Source: Monocercomonoides exilis PA203
Lineage: Eukaryota; Protista; Preaxostyla
NCBI GenBank assembly: GCA_001643675.2
Contig: LSRY02000028.1
Location: 1-64,000 of the forward strand
Length of the DNA stretch: 64,000 bases
Direction: 5' to 3'
Shown: in pieces, positions 13,601 to 25,022 of the stretch
Layout of the letters: every line of letters begins with the position of its first letter
Position numbering within the stretch: the stretch's first letter is position 1
Notes under the pieces: generated by a model
Database searches by the model: none
Told to the model about the DNA's origin: nothing
Seen by the model: the letters and a program-made list of their open reading frames with translations, nothing else
Translations under genes and position numbers: made by a program

Positions 13601-14313
13601 TTCTGTAATAATTTCTTCATCCCAAGCTGCTTCGTCAATAAATCTGGCGTAATCTGGCTCAGCTCGCTGCTTTTTCTTTGCTGACTGAAGCGAAGTTGAG
13701 GCTTCAGTTGAATGAGCCAACATCCAGTTATTGCCCTTTTCCCATTCCTGTTCATTTAAGCCTATAATAAACAGAGAAAATTATTCAAAAAAAATTAAAA
13801 TAAATACAAACCACTTTTGCAAGACGGAAGGTGAGGTTTTTGTGGCGGAATGATAAAACCTTGATTCTTCTTCAGCGTTTGCTTCGCGTAAATAAATTTT
13901 CCCTCTGTGACATCATATCCATAGTCCTGTAAATCGGATAATGATGTGTTGCGGGAAAGCGCTTGTAGCATTGTTGTCTGAGTGTGCAACGGAGCGTTGT
14001 TGTACACCACAGACAGGTCTTCCAGCAACTTTATGTGATATTCTGTTTCAAAAAAAAAATAAATAATTAACAAATCAAAAAGAAAAAAATAACAGAGAGT
14101 AATAATATTATTTATAACACACAATACAAAAAAATAAAAAACCAAACCATTCAAAGACTTCAGTAAATCATCAATTACTGAAGATGATTGCCTGTAGGTG
14201 TAAAACAAATAGGCAAGCAACGAATCCACGTCATTTCCGCCGATTCTCTTTATTTCTTGCCATAGAACATTGCAACGAGAATTTAATGTCGATTCGCGTT
14301 TTGAAATGGACAT
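10610..14313 (-). pseudogene. Sola2-like DDD transposase with an internal USP (peptidase C19) domain; disrupted copy
   Basis: Reconstructed with introns 14043-14147 and 13762-13811. USP motifs: Cys box KGLPNLGNTCYLASLLQCF (~12950-13000), QQQNVAEAF, CQKC/CDAC Zn pairs, and His box NGHYIAIVK...WSICNDESV. Transposase motifs: KVSLSHFYKL..RTDLCGMC, VFDFKE, FFSDCLSNDH, FFCDSGPHNRN and FFAEHHGKNICDSEFG (41 residues between D2 and D3). It has homopolymer frameshifts and in-frame stops at 13520-22 (TAA) and 12443-45 (TGA). Confidence 0.8.
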
Positions 14314-14621
14314 TTTTCTCTAATAAATATTTTCTTATGGAAAATCACAATTATTCTAAAATAATTTTTTTTTATTTAAAAAAATATGTATTGTTATTTT
14401 TTCATTATTTGACTATTTCCAAAATTGTTAAAAATTTTTTTAACGTGATTTGAATTATAGAAAAAAATTTTAAAAATTTCTTATCAGAAAAAAATTGGAA
14501 AAATTAAAGAATTCTTAAATTGAAGGTTTATTGAAAAATTCATCACATAAATGAACTTGTCTGATGAAAAATATCATTCTCATATATAAAGTTCTTAAAA
14601 ATATATATAATATTGTTCTTC

Positions 14622-14730
14622 AATGAAAAAAGAATCAGATCCATAATTCAAAATTCGAAGGAGTCAAAAAGATCAAAAAAAAAAGTGCTAAAGGGGGGAA
14701 AGTGCAAGGAGCAGAAAACAGTTTTTTTCC
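14622..14730. repeat. Degenerate internal copy of the inner part of the element's TIR
   Basis: ATGAAAAAAGAATCAGATCC...CAAAAAGATCAAAAAA...GCTAAAGGGGGGAAAGTGCA...CAGTTTTT aligns colinearly with the right TIR from 17261: ATGAAAAAAAGGATCCGACC...CAAAAAGATCAAAAAA...GCTAAAGGGCGAAAATTGCA...CAGTTTTT. Confidence 0.75.
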
Positions 14731-14966
14731 AATAAATAAAGTACATATGTCGTTATTTATCATTTCCGGCATAAATCAGACACATGATAATATTGTCATT
14801 TTGTGATCGTCATTGTTTTTAATTTTCAAACAGAAAAAATTGAATTTATTTTTTTCTCGATGAATGAAAGGATTTTGGATTTTTTACCAAAGCCAGAGAG
14901 TTTATAATTTTTTTTATTATAAATGTGAATTAAATATTTCAAATTGAAATTTTTAGTGAAAATCTG

Positions 14967-16859
14967 ATGAAACCCAATAAAAGGAAATTCATAATGTCAA
15001 GTGGGAGGTTGTCTGGTTCTCGATTTTCCCGTGCGCACACAAGCATGAGAAAGCAAAGCATAATGAACGATGTGGATATGCTATCGAACTTTTTCAGAAA
15101 TATGTCAGTTGATCATGCAAATAAAGTCCTCTTCGAATTTTTTATCAAATCGATCCCCGGAAACTCGCTAATGAATAATCTGATGAAAAATTATGGATGT
15201 TTGCTTTTTGTTTTTCCTTTATTTTCTTTGTTTTTTGTAATTAAATATTTTTTATTTTGATATTTATTATGTTTTTATTTTTTTATTATTTGTTTATAAA
15301 AAAGCACCATTACATAAGATCGTCCAAAAATTGAAGCTCCCGTTCAATGAATCGAACCCGTATATCCAAGAAAAAATGCTGCTGTGTCTGACTGAGTGGT
15401 TTTCTCAGCAAGAACTGATACAAGATTTCAATTACAAGATCAACTGTTTGGGTGAATGTTTGAAGGATTAAAAGGAAGAGAATTCAATTCAATCAATTTT
15501 TCGGAAGCAATCTTCTTCATCAAGTTACAGTGTAATATCTTCAGACGAAGATGAAGCGGTTGATCAAATGTCTGAAGAAGAAGAAAGCGACGATGAAGAA
15601 ACGGAGATCGATGAATGTTTAAAAATGAGCAAAGATAAAAAATGTTCAGATATTAAAGGAGGAGGAATGAAAATGGAAATAGAGGTTTGGTTTTTATTTT
15701 TTTCAAAAATTGCCTGATTCAATTTGACAGGCAAATCAATAATTATTTGTTTATTTTTTTGTTTGTTGCTTTGAAGCAACAGTCTTCAATGGAAGCATTA
15801 GGAAATCCTTATTCTGTTCTTTCAACAGTTCCACAAATGAGTAGCTTTTTTCAATTTCCTCATTCGTTTCTATTTCCAGCTCATCCTTTACCAAAAGAAT
15901 CACGTTCATATGTTCAGGTGTTGGTGAATTGTGGGAGGGAGTTGATAAATTTTGGATCATCATGTGCTTTAGCTTCTATTTGTCAATGTCTGGCATCGTT
16001 TGGAGTGCAATGTGATATCAAAAAAAGACGTGGAGGAGTGTATATTTTCCGAAGACTTTTCAGTGCAATCAGAGGGAGAACTGTGACAAGCAAAGTGTGG
16101 GGAACTCCAGCATTTATGAATTTTGTGCAAAAACATGGTGGGAGCAAATCTGATCCATTAGGGATCACAACAGCATATGAAGCAATTCTGAACGATGCAT
16201 TTTTGGAGGGGTGCAATATCAAGAAAGACTTCACAGTGAAGCAATCTTCATTCAAACTGTGTGCGAAGTGTTCTCATGTTCGTGTTCATAACCAAAATCC
16301 TTCGTTTTATTTCACCATCATGCATCCATCGATTGTGAAGGGGTTGAATTTGTCATTGTCTGTAACCGATCAGTTATCAACTGAGGAACCGTGTATTGAT
16401 GCTTATTGTGGGTGCAAGACTTCATTTTTGTATTGGACACAAATTGACAGGTTCCCAAAAATCCTTGCAATTTATCATAGCTCAAAGGAAAACTCCCCTG
16501 TTATGCAACCGCCCAAAACTATCACATTTCATGGAAGTGGATCCACTCCGAAATCGATGGTGGTGACGTCACATGCAACAAATCAACTGAAACATGAGTT
16601 TTCTTTCTTTCCGAGGATTGATTACAATTTCATTGGATATGTCCTTCATTCGATGAAACCTATGCCTATTGGTCATTTTATAGCAGTTGTTGTTGATGGA
16701 AGAGATGAATCGACTGGGGAGCTTAGTCTACTGGAGTGCAATGATGGAGTTATATCTCAGGTGAATTCCCATTTCAATGAAGCATATTGGAAAGCAATGG
16801 CAAATGAAGGATGGAATGGTGCAATTTGTTTTTATAGAATAAACCAAATGATTGAATGA
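14967..16859 (+). CDS. USP-like cysteine protease fused to a transposase-type N-terminal domain (paralog of the 10610-14313 N-terminus, no DDD domain); possibly disrupted
   Basis: Introns 15199-15304 and 15685-15776. Cys box GRELINFGSSCALASICQCL, CAKC, RFPKILAIYH, and His box VLHSMKPMPIGHFIAVV...LECNDGVI. There is one in-frame TAA (or a frameshift) at ~15468-70 in exon 2. The start codon is uncertain (14967, 14994 or 15045). Confidence 0.75.
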
Positions 16860-17254
16860 TTTTGTTCTTTGTCTATTTTTGCTTTAATTTTTACTTTTTT
16901 TTTCCTTGCGATTTTTACTTTCGAATTTTTCTTTTTTCAATTTTCTCACTTCCTCTCTTGATGTTTTCAGTTTGATTTTTAACAGTTTTCTCAAGAAATC
17001 ATTTATAATGAATGAAATATTTTTTATTTGAATAATGAATTTCTTCTGAAATGACAAATCCTTCAAAATTACAAAAAAACATATCATAATTAAAAATAAA
17101 AATAAAAAATGAAAAATATGAAAACATCAATAACATTAATATTGCTGTTAAAAAAACAAATAAAATTTATTTTCAGAAAATTTATATGATACCTGTCCTT
17201 ATACGATTTTTAAATCACAAATTTTAAAAATTCGACTATACTCAACATTTTCAA

Positions 17255-17702
17255 TTTTGAATGAAAAAAAGGATCCGACCCTATATTTTAATTTTTTCGA
17301 GGGCAAAAAGATCAAAAAATTACGCGCTAAAGGGCGAAAATTGCAGATTTCAAAAAGCAGTTTTTTAGTAATATATGAAGTTAAATCGATGAAATAAACC
17401 ATTTTGAACAAAAAAAAGTGGCATCGAGATTCTGATCCTTCTGTCATCTTCATTGTTTGAAGCGGAAAACAGAAGTTTTTTCCATGAATACAAGTTTTTA
17501 AAATTCAGAAAAAACATTTTTCTAACTCTTATCACATACATAACTATTAAACAAAAAATCAAAATTTTTCTGATATTTGTTTTTTTTTTAATAAATATTC
17601 AAAAATTCAAAAAGATATGGTTCTGATTAAAGCTGGAGTTTTGTTTCTTTCATTTTTTTAAAACCACTAACTTTTCCAACTTTTTACCAGTTTGCTAATA
17701 CT
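17255..17702 (-). repeat. Right TIR of the Sola-like element
   Basis: Inverted match to 9301-9740. Confidence 0.95.
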
Positions 17703-17939
17703 TTCTTTTTTTTAATGTTTGTAGTAATGCTATTATTTCTCAAATATATTTTTTATTTACCACTTTTTTTAAAAAATATGTCATAATATATTCAAAATCT
17801 TTATATTTTATGTTTATTTGTCAGTAATATCTGATTCTTAAACTGTTGGCCTGTATTTATCTTGCGTTGCGGCTTTTATGAGAAATGGTTTTTTATAAAA
17901 AAAATGGAGAATTTTATCAGATTCTGCTTTCAACCGAAC

Positions 17940-20900
17940 ATGTTTTCTGGCGCTGATTGAGTTCACTCTGCTGCTCGTGCGCCAACAAGAAGAATGAAAT
18001 ATCATGCATTCATTCATCTTCTTGGCGAGTTGCAATAATTATTGAAGCAGTGGCATTTTTTTATTTATGAAATGCTTTTACAGCGCATTGTTGCTAATTC
18101 AATGAGACGGGGAATTCAATTGTTTGTCGACTGGAGACAGCAGCGGAAGAGCAAGAAATGTAAAAGAATGCTCATGTTTTATGCAGGACAAGGGAGATTT
18201 GTTTTGCAGAAACAGAACTGCAGAGAAAGGAAACGAACGAGAACAAAAGATGGAGGTAAGATAAAGGAATGAGAAGCAAGAGAGGTAGAATGGAAAATTA
18301 GAAAGGTTATTTTGTTCAATCTATTTAATTCAATCTTCTTTTTTTTTTTAAATTTTGAACTTAATAATTATAATTTCAAGATCCTTGCATGATTTTTTAT
18401 TATTTTTTCTCTGATTCAGATACAGATAACATTAAAACATGGCTTATTTTGACGAAGCAGACGCGTCTGTTGAATATGCTAGTCTCAGAATTGCGAGCAG
18501 AAAACAGATGGTGCGGCGTTGGTGTGCGTCCATTTGGTTGGTGATGGGCTGAAACATGGCGTGCCGAGAGTTGACAGTCGAAGAACAAAATGCAGGAGTT
18601 GATTTGGCCGTTTGAGTGGAAGATGCAGGAGCATCGGTAGAACCTGGCGCGAATGCGGGAGTTTGATAAGCCACGAAAGACATAGCGGACAGCTGGAGCA
18701 GAAGAAGTGGTGTCGCCGACGCTGCCACTGCTGAAGCCGCGGGGGGAGTTCTATAAGGAATCGGAGCTTTCGTGCGTGACTGCGGTGCATAAGAAGAAAA
18801 TTGTCTGGGAAGATAACAAAGTGTTTGTGAAGCTGCTTGAGTGCAAGAAGTGTGAGCCTTGTGAAGTTGTGTTAAAGATACGGGAGACATGACGGGAGCT
18901 GAACTGAAAGATGGGAGACAAGAATGTGAAGAGGATGGAGGTGGAGATGAGCAAGAAGATGCTTGCGAGTTAGCAGATGGAAGAGAGAAAGTGGAAGAGA
19001 GAGAAGAAAAAGAAGGAGATGAAGACAATGAGAACTGCAAAAAGATGGAGGATGAGAGAGAAGAACGAAATTTTGTTCAGCGGAGATAACATAGAAGGGA
19101 AATTGACGTCGCCAATTGAGAGAGAAAGAGAAAGAGGAAATAGAGTTGAGCACGAGGGTTCTTTATAGACAGAGAAAGATGGCATTTCCAAAAGCAAAGT
19201 CGATAGAATGATGCATTTGGAGTTATTTGATCAAGGCAGAACATCTCTTGTTATTCCTTCCTGCGAAGAATGGCTGCTGTCAGGAAAATTAGTGGAACAC
19301 AAAGACTACTTGGGTTTTATTTCGCAATGAAGATAAGCAGAGGTGGGCAATACGAACTCAATGAGAAGGTGCTAAAGAGGAGATGGACTATTTTCTGTGG
19401 AGGACGAAGAGAACGAAGAGAGAAGGAAAAGCGAGCTGAGAGTGCTATATGGCAGCTCGTCAGAAGCATCGAAGTCTGCTTCGAAGAAAAGCAGACGTGC
19501 TTGTGATACGTCTTCAGTGATTTTATCATCATCATCATCATCTTCTTCTTCTTCTTCTTCAAAGCCTCACTCACACTCTCATTCCTTAAATTCGTCCCAT
19601 TCAAAATCCAGCTCGTCAACAACAACCTTATCTCCTTCCTCAACAGCTGTTCCAACTGCATCATTATCATCACCTTCTTCTTCAACTTCTTCTATTTCAT
19701 CTTCTTCATCAGCCTCTCAAAATACATCTGTTATCAAACAATTTTGTCATCCTCTCCAGCCACTTGCACAGACACACAAGAAGCACAGCTATCGCACACT
19801 CAAACCGATCTCAATTGCGCATCCACGCTCAACACTCTCGCAAAATGCAGCTGAAATCAAAAGGCAGAAGAGGAAGACAGCAGCAAGTCAGAAGCGGAAC
19901 TCGTCTCTATCACCTTTTTCTTTGATGTTATCTTCTTCCATTGCTTCTTCCTTTTCCTCTGCATCTTCATTGATTTCTTCTCCATCTTCAAATCTGCTCT
20001 CTTATTCTATTTCTTCCAAAAAGAAAACTGAGAATGGAAATGAAAAAGAAAAGAAAAGAAAAGCGAAAATGAAGCCAAAATTGCAACAACTCACAGCTCT
20101 CCTGAAACGACACATGAGGAAAACGAAGATGATGCAGAAAATCAGCCAAATGGTATTATCACTTCTCATCTAAATGCCTCTTCGAAACCAGATAGAAAAG
20201 TATTTCCATCTTCTTCAATATAAATTCGACTGACTATTTCGACGTCGTCTCCATATTCAGACTTAGTTATATATTCTTCTTCTTCTTCGTTTTCTTCATC
20301 ATCCTCTTCTTCTTCTGTTCTTCAAGAAATACAGTGCTCGCTCCATTTCACACTTCCTTCTCTTCTCCACCACTGGGTCTGCTGTGCTGAGACTTGCGGG
20401 CAGAGAAGCACGATGGAAGACAGTGTGTTGCTGCTGCCTGTTGATGGATGGGACATAGAGAAGCTTGTGTGCGACGGAGAAGAGGGGATTTTGGCTCGCA
20501 TACTGAAATATCCGCAGGAGCTGAGGTTTGCTGAGAAAGGAATGAAGGCACTGGAAGACAGAGAGGATGAGATCTGGGCAAGGAGGATGAGAGAAAAGGA
20601 GAAAAGGAAGAAGGAAAGAAAGAGAAAAGATGGAGAAGGAAAAGAGAGGAAGGATAGAGAAAGAAAAGAAGAAGAGGATGATAAATCCATAAATAAGCTC
20701 AATACAAACATAAAAGCAAATGATGTTGAAATTAACTCACAATCGTTGCCTTCATCTTCTCTTTCGTCGTCATCATCTTCTTCTTCATATTCTTCAACAG
20801 AAAGTATTAAAGAACAGAATGTGAATGCACACACAACAAATGCAGCTGATGATGCTTTTCTTCAACCTCCTCTGAATATTCCTCCTCCTCCTCCTCTTTC

Positions 20901-22767
20901 CGCTCAAGCTCAATTCAATGCCTCTGCTCTCTTCTCAACTACTTCTTCCATACTCCCCTATGCACCTCCTCCAACCTTTCCTTCCTTTCCTTTTTTTCCT
21001 TTTTTTCCCCCTCCTCCTCCTCCTTCTTCTTCTTCTTCTTATCCTTCCTCTTCCTCTTCTTCGTATTCCCTTTTTCCACTTTCTCTTCCCCATCATCTTA
21101 TTATATCTTCGCAACTCGATTCATCTTCATCTTCTCCTTTTCCTTCTTCCCCTTCTTCAATTCCCCCATATCCCCTTCTTATCTTTTCTTTCTCTCAGAG
21201 CAAGGAATGACAGATTTCGAGGAGTGTCATTTCATCTGTTTCTTCCTTAACACGAAAGCCTGAAAGCATCGATACGAAAGGCAGAGGAGAGAGATGATTC
21301 TTTATGCAGCGCAGAGTGAATTAACAGTTGAGGAGCCACCAAGATGCGCCTGGAAAGATGCCGCCACCTCCTCATTTGAACGAGGCGATATTGAGTGCTC
21401 TGACATATCAAGCAGATGAGATTGCAGTTGGTTGTATGGAAAAATATACAAATGGAATGCCTTTTGCCGGTGAGCTGGAAGTTGTCGGCATGCACACTCC
21501 AACAGAGCTTGTTGAGCGAGATGGTGGTGAAGATGGAACACATCACACTGAATGAACTTTATGAATGATTTAACACAGTGAGATTAGAATAACAACGCTG
21601 AAACCTCCGATGAAGAGATCCGTGGTGATGAGATGCTCAACAAAGTTGCTGATGCCATCGCCAAGCAGGAGCAGAGGCTGTCGGCACTGAGGGTGGAAAG
21701 GTTGTCGTGAGAGAGGAAGAGGGAGGAAGTGGTGAGAGCATGATGAGCAGGGCAGGTGAGGGGGAAGGGAATGGACAGATATGTTGGAGAGGAAAAGGGT
21801 GCCTCGGCAAGAACAAATGAGCGAAAAGATGAGGTGGACAGACTTGTTGGCTGCGGAAAAGAGGGTGGAGAACACAGCGATGGATCCGTCGAGGAGAGAG
21901 AAGAGGGAAGAGTGGGCAGATCCAGAGGAAGTTTTCAATTGAGCGGCAGATGTGCAACACAGTTGTGAAGATGGAATCGCAGGAGGCAAGCAGATAGCTG
22001 ACCTGGCGGGCAGAGGAGCCGGTGTCTTGGTCGACGAATATCTGGTGGACGCGGAAGAATGTGATGAAGGGGAGGAGGTCGACATCGAGGTTGGGGTCGG
22101 TGGGAGGAGTGGGAGGCGATGGAGGGGGGTGAAGGAAAGGATGCGAAGTGGAGGTTGAGAATGGAGAGGGGGAGGTCGGCGCCGGCTGTGTCCAGCACGA
22201 ATTCGCTGAGCTCATCGATGGCAAACACCACGCTCTCGAGGGAAAACTGTCAAATAGCGTCTGCCTCCCCCAAGAACACCCAGCTGCTCAATCCATGGGT
22301 CTGTGCCTGGTCTCGCTAGCCTCCTCATGCATCGCTGCGATCTTTATGCATCCCCCGTCTTAGCTCCCCCTTCTCCCCTCCACCAATCATACACTCGCTG
22401 CACTCCACCACGCTGCTGCTCCCAGTGCACTTGATCTGTGAAAACGCTGTGCTCGCAATTTTGCACAGTGTTTCGAACTCTCATGGCACCAGCCTCCAAG
22501 AGCTGATTGTTATCAGCCTGAAAACCATCATCTCCACTTTCAAAAGTTACTCTAACATCCTCATTCAAGGTCGAAACTGAATTAAGCAAGACTGCAGAAG
22601 AATTCAAGCAAACTTATTCACATATCTGTCCAGCTTTCAAAGTGATTTTCGAAGAGGAAGAAATAGCGCAAAGAAGAATATTCAAAAAATTGTTGAATGG
22701 AATGTTCATCAAACAACTTAGGCAATGCTTAAAAGAAAAACAGATGATGAAAAAGATGTATTCATAA
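17940..22767 (+). pseudogene. Large decayed low-complexity gene, possibly containing a PP2C-like domain
   Basis: Continuous coding-like composition broken by many stops and frameshifts. WVCCAETCGQRSTMEDSVLL at ~20373-20432 resembles PP2C motif 1 (G-R-x-x-MED). The last segment ends ...KQMMKKMYS* at 22767. Confidence 0.35.
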
Positions 22768-23701
22768 TAGTTGTGAGCTTTTTTAGTGAAAAAAGTGAAA
22801 TTTTTCTTATTTCTTTTTAATTTTTTTTGATTCTAACTTTGCAATTTTTAAAAATAACTTTGATCAATCTATTTAAATAACTTCTTTGAAGTATTATTTA
22901 TTTCCAAGCAAATATCAACGACAAATTGTTGTATATTTGATAAATATCTTGAGTTTCTATTCTCTTTTTCAATGTTTATTATTGAATATCGATTGTTTTT
23001 AACGAAAGTTTTAAGATCTTCAATATTTATATATAAATTTCTTTCCAATAACATCATAAAACTTATTATAATATAAAAAATTATTGATTTCATATAGTTA
23101 TTATTGTTATCATGTTATATTAATGATTAAAAAAATGTTTTGTTGCGTTTATTGAATTATCGATGTTTTCCAATAAAATTTTTATATTTTTTTCAAAATT
23201 TGAAATAAAAACAATTGTAAACAATTTTAAACGAACAAATAAATTATATTAACAATATATGAATGCAGATTTTTGCATTATTTTACAAAAATTTTTTCTT
23301 ATCAACCCCACCCTTAATGAAAATTTTTTCTGATCAAACGTCGGAATTTTTTATGATATCAAAAAAAATCACCCATATCAATCATGTGATCTTAAAAATG
23401 AATATATCTTAGGGATTGAGTTAATGAAAATTCAGCTGAAGAACGAGAATATTTGTTCGTGTTAATATTAAGCTGTTTCATTAGGTCTATTTTGGTATTA
23501 AGGGTTTTTATAAAGATAATAATAACTCCAAAAATAACTATTAAAGGTTATGTGCAAATTTTAGTTTTTTTTGAACTTTTCTCCCTTCTATTTGTTTCAA
23601 ATTGAAGGGAGAAAAGGTTAACAAAAATTGAAGTTTATGGTCGTTCCGGATTCGTGACACGCAATACTTCAAAAATTATAATAAAAATACTTAGAAATTA
23701 T

Positions 23702-25022
23702 TAGTGCGGTTTTTTTAAAACCTGACATTTTTGTGCCTTGGAAAAAATAAAAAATTCAAATATCTCAACAAATAAACAATATTTATTTACAGAAATCTGC
23801 ATAGTTGTGTACTAACATTTATGAGATCTATTAACATACAAAATCCAAATAGCAGTGTTGAATAATTTTTGAAATAAATAATTTCTATTTTTGAAAATCT
23901 GACTTTTGATGAATATTTCTATTTTAATAATACGATTCAATTCATTTTTTGCACACACAACTTATTTTTTCTATGTCATAAACAATTCTTGTTATTTTTT
24001 ATTTTCTGCGATTTGCTCGTTTTGACTGAACGAAAAGCTATCATTTTTGAAAAATCATTGTCAATGGGACAACTTAAATAATGTTATTCATTAAATGCAG
24101 AAAAATCGAACTGAAACGAACTGTCGTATTAATTAATGTAAAAATGATATTATATCACTACTACGAAGTTATTTAGAATGAAAAACAATCCATTAAATAA
24201 GATCAACAAAATTCACATTTAAATGAAAATTTCCATTAAAGTCTTTTGAAAATGAAAACAAATAATTTTTATGAAATAAACGCTTCGTCATTTTAAATAA
24301 TGATTTTTTTAAAACATTCTATAACTATTCTTTTTGACAGTGCAAGTGGAGGTTTCAGTTCGTTTTTTCTGCATTTAATGAATAACATTATTTAAGTTGT
24401 CCCATTGACAATGATTTTTCAAAAATGATAGCTTTTCGTTCAGTCAAAACGAGCAAATCGCAGAAAATAAAAAATAACAAGAATTGTTTATGACATAGAA
24501 AAAATAAGTTGTGTGTGCAAAAAATGAATTGAATCGTATTATTAAAATAGAAATATTCATCAAAAGTCAGATTTTCAAAAATAGAAATTATTTATTTCAA
24601 AAATTATTCAACACTGCTATTTGGATTTTGTATGTTAATAGATCTCATAAATGTTAGTACACAACTATGCAGATTTCTGTAAATAAATTGGTGATTATTT
24701 TTGAAATCTTGTTTTTTCTTTCAAAATTTTCGGTTCGAATATTTCACTTGAACATCAAAAAATACACTAAAAAATGAAAGGACTCGCAAATGACATCATC
24801 ATCTTTATTCGAGCAAAAACATTTGTCCTTCATACACTTGTGATGAATTCAGCATTCGAATACAATATATTTGCGAAAGGCAAACAATCTATGAAAAATG
24901 AACACACCGAAAAAAGTTATGATTTCAAAAATAATCACCCAAATATTATATATTTGTTGAGATATTTCAATTTTTAATTTTTGTCCGGATAAAAAAAAAT
25001 CCGGTTAAAAAAAACCGCACTG
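23702..25022. mobile_element. Non-autonomous MITE with ~100-bp imperfect TIRs (CAGTG-like terminus); left TIR split by a nested insertion
   Basis: 23703-23784 plus 24690-24708 is the inverted counterpart of 24921-25021 (AGTGCGGTTTTTTT..AAATATCTCAACAAATA..AATATTT..GGTGATTATTTTTGAAATC). Confidence 0.7.
23781..24688. mobile_element. 908-bp foldback/MITE with 337-bp near-perfect arms and a 234-bp spacer
   Basis: 23781-24117 is the reverse complement of 24352-24688, with one mismatch seen. No ORF. TA-CAG...CTG-TA lies 9 bp inside the outer limit of the palindrome. Confidence 0.9.

Larger units (their letters stand above)
9301..17702. mobile_element. 8.4-kb Sola-like DNA transposon with ~440-bp TIRs carrying two USP-domain genes
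   Basis: 9301-9740 is the reverse complement of 17255-17702 (AGTATTAGCAAACTGG...GGATCC / GGATCC...CCAGTTTGCTAATACT), differing mainly in homopolymer lengths. The interior has a DDD transposase with Sola2-like motifs. No clear TSD. Confidence 0.88.

Noticed and set aside
12443-15470. In-frame TAA/TGA codons as a sign of an alternative genetic code or selenocysteine
   Set aside because: Conserved host genes here end in TAA or TGA, and multi-kb ORFs have no internal stops. C>T nonsense decay is more likely.
9301-17702. Polinton/Maverick, suggested by AG...CT ends, long TIRs and a cysteine protease
   Set aside because: There is no pPolB, rve integrase, ATPase or capsid gene and no 6-bp TSD. The protease is USP-type and the transposase is Sola-like.
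2281-23378. ~30-bp inverted match (ATATGGGTGATTTTTTTGATATCATAAAAA) that could bound a 21-kb element
   Set aside because: The same motif occurs in several MITE relics in the window, and there is no TSD or extended similarity. Dispersed copies are the simpler explanation.
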